A stretch of 64,000 nucleotides of DNA, taken from NCBI GenBank assembly GCA_045600685.1, contig JAZRYH010000081.1, positions 4,365-68,364 on the forward strand, in the 5' to 3' direction. The position numbers and the translations under genes were made by a program. Each line of letters begins with the position of its first letter. Within the stretch, counting starts at the first letter, position 1. Source of the DNA: Alloprevotella sp. (GTDB lineage Bacteria; Bacteroidota; Bacteroidia; Bacteroidales; Bacteroidaceae). The notes under the pieces were generated by a model. It was given only the letters and a program-made list of their open reading frames with translations. It was not told the origin of the DNA and did no database searches. Below are positions 29,633-38,900 of the stretch, piece after piece.

Positions 29633-30451
29633 ATGAAACCTATTTACAAATTATTTTTGCCAATTTTATTTGTCTGTTGCTATTGCATGTGCTTTACCTC
29701 ATGCAACGATGAATCTGATGCCACACCTATTTCCGTATGGTTTCACAGTGATGTCCCAGACACCATCGCCAGTGGTATGCGAATGAATGTTAAAGCCCTA
29801 CTTTTAACGGGGAATGGTGAACGCATAAAGAGCTATACCGCCATTTTTGATGACGGCAGACAAGAAATAGAATTAAAATCTGAAGAACTAAATGGAGCCA
29901 CTAGATACGACATTGATTTTAATGCAGAAGTACCATTTGTTCAGGATGATGAAGCTCTTTGCAAAATTAAAATAAAAGTTATTGGTGTAAATGGGTTTAC
30001 TAGCACCATAGACAAAAAAATTCTTGTATATGGGGCCCTCAAAGACCATTCTGCAGGTTTTAAACTTTATGCAGCAAACTCTACAGGTAATAATGGTTTC
30101 TATTTGTCTGATCTATCTACAACATTGAGAAAAGCCGATACGGATTCTTTGGACGTTTATTTCTATTACGACTCTTCTCAAGGGGACTGGGCGCACAAAT
30201 GTGAAGGATGGAAAACAGATTCAAAGGACATCAATTTTGTTTGTGCAGACAATTATGACTACGCAAAAGCTACAGCAGGAACCCTTCAGACAACATTTGA
30301 AAGTTCTGTAAAAGTTGTTGCAGTTAATCATATTGAGGCAGGAAACATCATTATTGTAGGTTATAAAGGAAAAGCGTGGGGGGTATTCTGTTGTATGGCT
30401 TACGACTCTGATTCCCGTCTTTACACATTTAGCTATAAGCTAATAGGATAA
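29633..30451 (+). CDS. Lipoprotein
   Basis: Lipobox FTSC followed by acidic NDESD. Confidence 0.75.
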   Translation: MKPIYKLFLPILFVCCYCMCFTSCNDESDATPISVWFHSDVPDTIASGMRMNVKALLLTGNGERIKSYTAIFDDGRQEIELKSEELNGATRYDIDFNAEVPFVQDDEALCKIKIKVIGVNGFTSTIDKKILVYGALKDHSAGFKLYAANSTGNNGFYLSDLSTTLRKADTDSLDVYFYYDSSQGDWAHKCEGWKTDSKDINFVCADNYDYAKATAGTLQTTFESSVKVVAVNHIEAGNIIIVGYKGKAWGVFCCMAYDSDSRLYTFSYKLIG

Positions 30452-30472
30452 GAATAATTCTCACATACCATC

Positions 30473-30513
30473 AAAAAGGAAAGAGAGCCATTAATGGCTC
30501 TCTTTCCTTTTTT
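30473..30513. terminator. Bidirectional intrinsic terminator
   Basis: AAAAAGGAAAGAGAGCCA/TGGCTCTCTTTCCTTTTT. Confidence 0.85.
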
Positions 30514-30684
30514 AGAGAAAGGCCTGTTCTTGCCAGTGGCAACAAACGCACACTTTTCCGTATCCTAAGTCGTATCACAGTTCTCCTTACAGCATTGCAA
30601 CAATAAAAGAAGTAGGAAGAAAAATTTTTCCTTCCTACTTGAACCCTATTTAATCATATGCGACATTGAATAAAAGACAGCAAA

Positions 30685-30990
30685 CTAAGTTGTGCTCTCT
30701 TTTTTCTGAAGAAGAATTTTCAACTCTTCATACAACCCCTTAAGTTGGTCTGGATTAAGAAAAGGGTTCTCTGCAAAATATACCTTGTGGATAAAATCAT
30801 AATCAAGGACAGAACTGATAATAATTAAACGCTCTACATCAATGCTCTTACTTTCAAAGATTCTATAGACATTTGTGCGAGAGGTATTAATACGGTGGGC
30901 AAACTCTGCATACGTCATTCCGCTCTCTTCCACCTTCTGACGGATAAGCGCACCTATAAAGATGTTCTTCAGTTCTGGAGCATTAAACAT
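30685..30990 (-). CDS. XRE-type HTH protein
   Basis: IGALIRQKV...EFAHRINTSRTNVYRIF...SID. Confidence 0.82.
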   Translation of the reverse strand: MFNAPELKNIFIGALIRQKVEESGMTYAEFAHRINTSRTNVYRIFESKSIDVERLIIISSVLDYDFIHKVYFAENPFLNPDQLKGLYEELKILLQKKESTT

Positions 30991-31266
30991 ACCTGCGATA
31001 GTATAAGCTACAAGAAAAGCGTAGGGACTTGTCCTTACTCATCTTAATAGGGTATCGCCAAACACCGCGCAGAAATGAATAAGAATATAGTAACCCCACG
31101 CTGGTATGCAATTGCTACACAGCGTGGAGAGCTATGTATCTTTACACACAGGTGGGCGTCACATGCCCTCTATCCTTCTGCTTAATGAAACTGGCGATTT
31201 CTATTAAAGGATAAAGCGTGGAACGCCTTCTTGACAGACGTTGTCTTACGCCTGCGTGTGCAAAGA

Positions 31267-31422
31267 TACGAATAAGTGAGCGAAAAGCCAAATTTATTTG
31301 AGATTTTCCGAGCGAAAGTATCTTGGGACGAAGTCCAGAGTACGAATAAGTGAGAGAAAAGCCAAATTTATTTGAGTTTTTCCGAGCGAAAGTACCTTGG
31401 GACGAAGTCCAGAGTACGAATA
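31267..31422. repeat. 74-bp tandem repeat (two copies plus a truncated third)
   Basis: TACGAATA recurs at 31267, 31341 and 31415; copies nearly identical. Confidence 0.93.
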
Positions 31423-31569
31423 TATAATCCGCAAAACGAAATGTTCTGAAAAAATAAAACGAAACGTTTCTTTCCGTAAAACGAAATGTTCTTTTTTTGA
31501 GTTCCCTCCCCCACAATGAAAAACGCCTCAGATTTCTCTGGGGCGTTTCTGTTTCCAAACCATTTATGT

Positions 31570-32208
31570 TTAGACGTTCAGGTCAAACTTGACATTTTCA
31601 TCGCCATCAAGCAACTGGTGCGTTTTCTCCTGATTGTTTTCGTATATGTGTACATTTCCGAGATTCAGCGTTATGCTTTTCAGCGGGAGATCTATCTGTC
31701 TGGCCATTAAATACAGGTGGTATATGTCAGCTGGCAATCCGAGATTCGCATCGCTGCTTCTTTGGTATGCTGACAATACCAGTTCACCGTCGTCTATTTG
31801 GAACTGCACAAGGCTCAGGCACGGAGCTTGGTTGCTCTCCGCACCAGTCTCGCCAAGGAACAGTACATAATTTTTGCTGTTGCGCTTCTCGCGGTTTATC
31901 TTCGCAATGAGTGGGGGGAGCTTTTCAAAGTAGGTCGGATAGCTGTTCACTAACACACTCCCGCAATAGTCCCACCAGTTGATTCCTACATCGCGGTATC
32001 GTTCCACATTCCTCTCCCCCTGCATAAACAGCTGCAATTCATTCTTCAGTTTTTTTCTGGCAATGCCGTGGCTCTCGAATATGTCAAGAAGGTCGGCAGG
32101 GGTCAGTGATAATTGCTCATTAAGCAGGTAGCGGATATTACCTTTCTTGTTCGTCTGGGTCTTTCCTTTCTCCAGAACCTTATCCAGTATCTGATAGTAT
32201 TTGTTCAT
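31570..32208 (-). CDS. Divergent thymidylate-synthase-fold protein
   Basis: APC catalytic Cys, YQRSSD, HIY; shorter than ThyA. Confidence 0.88.
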   Translation of the reverse strand: MNKYYQILDKVLEKGKTQTNKKGNIRYLLNEQLSLTPADLLDIFESHGIARKKLKNELQLFMQGERNVERYRDVGINWWDYCGSVLVNSYPTYFEKLPPLIAKINREKRNSKNYVLFLGETGAESNQAPCLSLVQFQIDDGELVLSAYQRSSDANLGLPADIYHLYLMARQIDLPLKSITLNLGNVHIYENNQEKTHQLLDGDENVKFDLNV

Positions 32209-32233
32209 AGTTCCAACGGTATTAGAATGCTAT

Positions 32234-33064
32234 TTAAGCAGCATTCGTATATAACATGATGTCCGTATAGGACGAGTTATAATTCATATGTGCATTGAAC
32301 TCACGACGCTGGCAGTTTTCAAACGGATTGCCGATGGTCTTGTTCCTTCCCATCCAATCACATAGTTCGATGATGGAAGACTTGTTTGATGTAAAATAGA
32401 TAAAGTGATGCCCTGCAAGCACCGTCAGCACGTCAAGGTAGTCAGACAGTTTCCAATACATCTTGTAGGTTTTGCTGTCTGTACTCAGATAGGGAGGGTC
32501 AACAAGAAATACCACACCAGGAATATCCTTGTATCGCTCAAACACCTCCCTATAATCGCAGGAAGTAATTGTAAGCCCGTCAAGGTAGTCCTGGCATAGA
32601 GGATAGCCAGTTGCCCTTATATTATTATATAATGTCTCTTTCTCCAGTTCCGTCAAGTCATTGGCATATTTCATAGAAAATAGTATCGATGAGGACAAGG
32701 TGATATAATCAATGTAGCCGTAGTCGCACTCATATTTTCGTATGCATGACAACACGCGTTCACGCAGTTCTCCCAAGATGGGTCTGTTTCGTGGTATATT
32801 CACAATAGTTCTCAACTCTGCCAGCAATGCATTTGTGATAGGAATGGCTTCAAGTCTTTTGCAGTAGCCGTCAAAGTCGTTATAAACCACTGTCGAATTA
32901 GGCTTCTGGCACTTGGCTATGTGCGACAGCAAACCGCTGCCGCCAAACAAGTCCACGAAGGTCGTACCGTCAGGGAACTGCTGGAGCACCTTGATGTACT
33001 CCTTGGCAAACATCCGCTTCTGCCCCTGGAAAGGAAGCGGTGCCGAAAGATATTGTTTTCTCAT
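32234..33064 (-). CDS. Dam-like DNA amino-methyltransferase
   Basis: PFQGQK, DLFGGSG (motif I), VYND, DPPY (motif IV); start placed at MRKQYL. Confidence 0.88.
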   Translation of the reverse strand: MRKQYLSAPLPFQGQKRMFAKEYIKVLQQFPDGTTFVDLFGGSGLLSHIAKCQKPNSTVVYNDFDGYCKRLEAIPITNALLAELRTIVNIPRNRPILGELRERVLSCIRKYECDYGYIDYITLSSSILFSMKYANDLTELEKETLYNNIRATGYPLCQDYLDGLTITSCDYREVFERYKDIPGVVFLVDPPYLSTDSKTYKMYWKLSDYLDVLTVLAGHHFIYFTSNKSSIIELCDWMGRNKTIGNPFENCQRREFNAHMNYNSSYTDIMLYTNAA

Positions 33065-33131
33065 TGTCTCGCTGGTTTTGCTGGTGCAAAGTTCGCTACT
33101 TTCCGCGAGACGAAGAAATGCTCGCGCCAAA

Positions 33132-33374
33132 TCACACTGCACCAATCGTGCAGTGCCTTCCGAAGCGCTTAATCAAATCATACACCTTGCGCTCACAAAC
33201 ATTGTACCTGTCGTGGAGCACTGACACAATGTAAGTCATTTTATCCCCAGCCTCGTGCATGCGCTTGTAATCCTCGTAAAGTGTCAGATACTGGCAGTCT
33301 TCCAGTCGAAAACCAGCAGAATTTAGCCTGTCAATAGGTTCTTTGCTTAATTTTATTATCTCGTAGTAGGTCAT
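33132..33374 (-). CDS. Small putative HTH regulator
   Basis: C-terminal LHDRYNVCERKVYDLIKRF resembles an HTH. Confidence 0.65.
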   Translation of the reverse strand: MTYYEIIKLSKEPIDRLNSAGFRLEDCQYLTLYEDYKRMHEAGDKMTYIVSVLHDRYNVCERKVYDLIKRFGRHCTIGAV

Positions 33375-33558
33375 TTCAATTTTATTTTGTACTTTTGTAT
33401 CGCCAATCATTTACGCATAAAAAACCCATATAGGGGAGCGAAGGGCATAGGCCCCCAGCTGTCCCCTATATGGGTGCTTATGTTAATAAATGATTGGCGT
33501 CTATATTAACAGGCTGGGGGCCTTCTTTGTGCCCGCCCCCAAGGGCTTTCTTCACGTT

Positions 33559-34044
33559 CTATTCTACTTGGTATTGTGCCAAGTCAAACGCAACCTTTTT
33601 CTGCCATCCGGTCTCCAGAGTTTTCTGAATGTGTTGTATGGCCTTGGTATAGAAGTCCGTCAGGTCGTCCAGTTTCTCGAACACCCTGAACACAGGCTGC
33701 TCGTCTGTTCCGAGCTTAAACTTCACAGGAAGCGTTGCGCCTTCTGACTGCACGGCAAGGTCGTAAGATGCCTTGTAGTTGAACTGATTTTCTGCTGACA
33801 GCCATACCATGTTCCCTTCATACTCGAAACCAGACAGTATGGTTTGGTTGGTATATTGGTCGTACCAGCCAATGACAGCAGCTTTTATTTCCTCATCGCA
33901 TGGCTTGTGGTTGAACTCTGCTTCCATATAGTCAGCAGCCCCATCCTCATGCACATTCACATCCCAACGGATGCGCCACTTGTTTCTTGCCGGACTGGTG
34001 CATTCAATCAGTTTTACACCGGCTGTGCCTTCTATTCTTTGCAT
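33559..34044 (-). CDS. Phage protein, possibly DUF4376-like tail-fibre chaperone
   Basis: 161-aa ORF directly after the RT; family call from recollection only. Confidence 0.55.
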   Translation of the reverse strand: MQRIEGTAGVKLIECTSPARNKWRIRWDVNVHEDGAADYMEAEFNHKPCDEEIKAAVIGWYDQYTNQTILSGFEYEGNMVWLSAENQFNYKASYDLAVQSEGATLPVKFKLGTDEQPVFRVFEKLDDLTDFYTKAIQHIQKTLETGWQKKVAFDLAQYQVE

Positions 34045-34049
34045 TGTCT

Positions 34050-35354
34050 CTAAGAAAAAACATACTTTGTTCTACCTTTCCCGAAGGTCTCCGTCTTGAT
34101 GGTAGTCTCGAATGGGAACCCATCGGGCATTTCTCTGATTTGGGCGAGGATATTCTTCATTTCCTCGCTGTTTGTGAAAAACTTCTTGGGTTCACCGTTC
34201 TGCTCAATGGCAACGATGCAGCGGTCTTCACCCTGTTCTGTTTTGATGCCCGTCTCGAAGTCTTTGACTACAATAGGGAGGTTCACTAACTCTCTGATGC
34301 TTACTACCGCACCAGAGAAGCGCTTCTTGCCGTCCTCGGGCTTGTAAGCGACTTTCAAATCCTTAAATGATTTCATTGTTTTGCCTGTTAATTTATAAAA
34401 CAACATATTACAGTTGGCGTGTTTTGCCATGCCATAGAAGCTCGCTATCAATTCACGCCGCCTTTTCCTACTTTTGACCTCGTGCATCTTGCAGGCCATC
34501 TTCTTCTTGATACGCTTGCGGAGCTCTACATGTTTGGAGCCGTATATCACATAGCCAAGAAAGTCGATGCCCTCACTCACAGGGAACACACGCTCGTTGG
34601 CTTTCACCTCCAAGTCTATCTGCTCCACCAACTCGTGTACCACATCACGAATAAGCCACAATTCCGCTTTCGATTTTCCGAGTACGACGCCGTCATCACA
34701 ATAGCGGTAGAAATGACGCACGCCGTACCTGTCTTTCAAATAGTGGTCTAAAAACACAGACAATAAGAGATTGCCCAGCCCCTGGGAACTCCGCAGTCCG
34801 ATGCTGATACCCGATGGCATCATGCGCACGAACCCGTCCAGCAGGTTGATGAGCTTTTCATCCTTGAAGATACGTTTCACGCAGTACATCACAAAGTCAG
34901 GCCGTACGTTGTCATAGAACTTTGAAATGTCGAACTTGTAGCAATACCGCGTTCCGTCCGGATCTTCCTTCAAGTCCCGCCGGATGTACGACAGCAAATC
35001 GTGCATCCCCCGTTCCTTGATGCTTGCAGAGGTAGTACGGATGAAACGCTTGCGCATGTGCTTGTCCACGACATTCATCACGGCATGTACGCCTATGCGG
35101 TCATACATTGAGAGCACTTGTATCTTGCGCAGCTTGCCGCCTTCAAAAATCTCGCGTTCCTTGTAGTCCTTTACGGTGAATGTGCCAGCAGTTATACGTT
35201 CTGTCAAATCCCGTATTACCTCATCTCTATGCGCAAGAAGCCAGCGTCCCTGGCGTGAGCGTTTTCGCTTAGAACCACGGAGAACCGTATCAAAGGATTC
35301 CGACATGTTGCCATAGTCCACAATCTCCTCGATGATGTAACCTTCCCTGTGCAT
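34050..35354 (-). CDS. DGR reverse transcriptase with C-terminal extension
   Basis: KFDISKFYD, GISIGLRSSQ (DGR-type SQ), YRYCDD, IDFLGY; adjacent TR/VR pair. Confidence 0.95.
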   Translation of the reverse strand: MHREGYIIEEIVDYGNMSESFDTVLRGSKRKRSRQGRWLLAHRDEVIRDLTERITAGTFTVKDYKEREIFEGGKLRKIQVLSMYDRIGVHAVMNVVDKHMRKRFIRTTSASIKERGMHDLLSYIRRDLKEDPDGTRYCYKFDISKFYDNVRPDFVMYCVKRIFKDEKLINLLDGFVRMMPSGISIGLRSSQGLGNLLLSVFLDHYLKDRYGVRHFYRYCDDGVVLGKSKAELWLIRDVVHELVEQIDLEVKANERVFPVSEGIDFLGYVIYGSKHVELRKRIKKKMACKMHEVKSRKRRRELIASFYGMAKHANCNMLFYKLTGKTMKSFKDLKVAYKPEDGKKRFSGAVVSIRELVNLPIVVKDFETGIKTEQGEDRCIVAIEQNGEPKKFFTNSEEMKNILAQIREMPDGFPFETTIKTETFGKGRTKYVFS

Positions 35355-35589
35355 AGTTGAACTTTTGTTGGTAATTTAGGAAGATGCCTTCCTTCCTTGG
35401 GTCCAAGTTCTTCGAGATGCTGCCACCCTACCAAACTCTACCCGTCACTCCGTTTTTCACCTTTCCAGTACATGGGACAAAGCCATGTCCTTCATGTGCG
35501 AAGGTAAACTGCTTTTGGTGAGGCTCGGCTCCCTCGGCTCCGCATCGGGGACACGTCCCCATTGCTGTACGCCGATTTTGTTTCCTTTG

Positions 35590-35710
35590 GTTGTTGTCCA
35601 GGCGCGACCCGACATTCGTGTTCGAGTTCGACGCATCGTTACTCGCATTCGCGTACGACACACCGCCATTCGCATTCGCGTTGTTGTTGCCGCGATAGAC
35701 CACACGGCCT
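35590..35710 (-). repeat. DGR template repeat (TR)
   Basis: Ungapped match to 35968-36088; rich in AAY codons; all differences at TR adenines. Confidence 0.96.
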
Positions 35711-35755
35711 ATGAGAGCTTCTACCTTGAAAAGTGCGTGGCAAACTTTTCCTCTG

Positions 35756-35763
35756 CAAAGGTA
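35756..35763 (-). promoter_or_regulatory. -7 promoter element for the TR-RT transcript
   Basis: TACCTTTG on the minus strand about 45 nt before TR. Confidence 0.7.
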
Positions 35764-35907
35764 CGAAATTTTAGCGAGCCTACCCCGATTTTTTACATAC
35801 TTCGACGGGCTTCGCCCGTATTTCTTGATGTCTTCGTTCCTCAGACATTGCGTTTTTCGCTTTACGCTGCGCTTTTGTCGCTTCGCTCCCGCTTTACGTG
35901 TTTTCGC

Positions 35908-38900
35908 TTACGCAACCTCGGTGGCCGACTTGAACGCGGCCACGCTTGCCGCTTTCTCGATTTCTCCGCGGAAGGCCAGGCGCGACCCGACATACGTGAC
36001 CGAGTTCGACGCATCGCCACTCGCATACGCGGACGACACACCGCCAAACGCACTCGCGTAGCTGTAGCCGCGATAGACCACACGGCCTGCCGATCCAGAG
36101 TATTGATAATAGTCACAGTAATGGGTTGTGCTGCTCCCCGTCGCTGCCGCAGGCACCACATCCATGTATTTGCCGTGAACCACGCCGTTGATGTAGCCCG
36201 TAGCTTCCACGCCTTTCACGCGGCGGTACGTTCCGTCCGGCATCTGGTAGCGCCATTTGCCCACATTTCCGCTGTCGTTCGGCACGTCCACGCAGTCCAT
36301 CATGTCGTACTTGTGTCCATACACGTCTTCGTAACCCAGGCAGTTCGTGTTGTTCAAGGTGCTATAGACCGTCTCACCGACAGAGTTCGTCTCTTTGTAG
36401 AACGACTTGCCGTTGCCCTCCACACCGCCAATAGTCGTACCGTCCGTATTCACCGTGTCTTGCATGCCTATCTTGGCCGTGCCGCCCGTCGTCCTTGACG
36501 TTGAGTGCTGGCCTGCACCGCACTGCATCTGGCTGTCTCGCCTGCCGTACTTCGCAAAGAACAGGTTCGCAATGTCATTGTGCATAAGTCCGTCTATCTG
36601 CTGCATACCGCGCTGCGCAGAGTAGAAATGGAAGTCGGTCCATGTCATGGAGTGAGTTGTCGAACCGCCAGTGATGCAGGCACGTAGCTTGTCGCCCACT
36701 ACGCTGCTACCTACCACACCGCACAAATAGGGCTCCACTTCAACCCAGTCTGGCTCCATGTCCTCTATCTTATCCGAGTTGCTCAACACCACCATGTCAA
36801 ACTCTGCAGTCTTCCTTATTGTAAAATTCAGTGCGATTGCTCCCTCCGGAACGTCGGCTATCAGGTACATACCATCCGTGAACTTCGCGCCAAGAGTGCT
36901 CACCACGATTGTATCTACCACATTACCTTCGGCATCCGTAAATACCGAACCCACCAGGTTCGTACCAGGCACGCTCGGGAAGCGAACCTTCTGGAAACCA
37001 CTCACGCTAACCCTGCATACGGCAAAGTTACTGTCTGATGTATAGCTGGCTGATAGCGTTTCCTTCCCGCTCATTATCTTGTAGTTGTTTCGGTAGTCGC
37101 CTGCCTCGGTGATGTCTTCCAGCGTCAATACCATGCACTCCGGACGCTTCGGCATTGCCGCATTACTGCTCCAGCACGCATAATGCTTGCCGTTCAGGTA
37201 GTCGTTCACGCCCTTCATCCAGCGGTGTGGCTCATACATCATCCAGTCGCCCTCCGTACCGTCAAGATTTGCCTCCGTGCAGTTGCGCAGGTTCTCGGCA
37301 TCTGCATAGTAGTTGGAGTTCTCGTCGTGCAGCGGGTATATCGTCATCCTGCCGTCAGTGTTGTTCTGGGTCGTCTGTACGCCTGCGTGCGTAATGTTTC
37401 GGGAAGTAGGCCTCTTTGTCAGCTTGGCCAGGCAGCGGAACCGCTTCTTCAGAATGGCCAGTACATGGCCGCTGGCCTCATAGTCGCTGCCGTACTTGTA
37501 GCCTGTCTCGTTGTCAAGGTTGCTCACGTTGGCATCATCGCTCACCGTGTCGTCAAACTCCAGCACAGAATACTCAGGCTGATGGATTGTAAGTTCCGGA
37601 TAATGCTCCTGCATAGTTGCAAATTCGGTATCGTCCATGTAGCGTGTCAGCTGAACAGTGCCGACCATGGCACAGTAATCCACCGCGTTTCCGCTAGCAT
37701 CCACGCCCTTCAGCGTTTTGTATCGGTTCAGCATAGTGCCGTCATCCTCTATGTTGATGCCTTCTATGCGTACACGCTCTATATTTACGCATTTGTTGAT
37801 TATCGACTGCCAGCTGATGTATGGGCAGCCGGCATAGCGCAGCGTCTTCACCGTACGCCAGCTCTGCAGCGTCAGGCCGCTTTCCGTCAGCAACGGCAGG
37901 TACTCCAGTCGAAGTGTCTGTATGTTGCTGCCCAGTTTCGCACTTGTCAAGGGGCTGCCCTGGGCAAACAGCACGGCTTGCACGTCCACACCGCGCGCAT
38001 CAAGCGTCTCAAGCCTGGTCTGGTTCCTGAAATCAAGCTCCGTACTGCTCAGCGTGCCCGTCCTGGCACTCCCTTGGCCCTGTAGGTTCACATCGACCAG
38101 TTGGCGGCACTGGTCAAGCACAAGGCACCACCCCTGGCTCCCGCTCCCGCTCGTACTGATATTCAGCACACGCAGTACCTTGCACTTGTTAAGGTTCAAG
38201 TCGCCCGTCAGGTTGCCAGCCGACCCACGCATGTCCAGCTCGGCCATCTGGCTCGCTCCGTAAAGGCGGATGGGGTCATTCACCGTGAAGGCGTTAGTGA
38301 ACGTCAGCGTCACCGTCTCGCCCTTCGCAGCTTTGGCCGAAGGCTGCAGGTGTGGTGCGTTGTTCGTGCCATAACCATAGTAGTATAGGCTGTTCGACTT
38401 CACCTTTATCGTGTTGGCAGTCGCACCAGCCTGGCGTGTCATGTACATATCGACATTGTCGCTGAGGTAGTTTCCTGTCTCGTACTTCGCATCGAGCAGG
38501 GCGAAGCGGTTCTTGATGAACCAGTGCCTGAAGGCTTTCTTATCTCCTTTCAGTGCATAGATGTAAGGGTACTTCACGGTCTCACCATTCACCTCTACTC
38601 CTTCGGTCTGTGGCTTGATGTATTTCAGTTCGCCGCTCTTGTTGAAGGCACGCCCGCACCAGTTGCCTTGCTGCTCTTCGTCAAACATGGTGTTCACCTT
38701 GTCCTCGGTCAGCTTCGCACGCATGGCTGTGGCCATTGCCTTCAGGTCGTCGCCGAGGTTGGCCAGTACCAGACACCACAGCCACGAGTCATGACCCTCG
38801 AAGGCATACTTGCTTTTCTCCGAGTCCCATGTATCACGGGTTACGTCATACAAGTATGCCAGCATCGAGTCGTTTCTGTCACCAAGCTGCGTGTCGCCGT

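Noticed and set aside
31142-31558. 138-aa ORF
   Set aside because: Spans the tandem repeat and the inferred phage junction; likely spurious
34050-35354. Group II intron or retron RT
   Set aside because: SQ motif and an adenine-specific TR/VR pair indicate a DGR
35428-35703. 91-aa Asn-rich ORF as a protein gene
   Set aside because: It is the TR read in the VR frame; no independent evidence of translation
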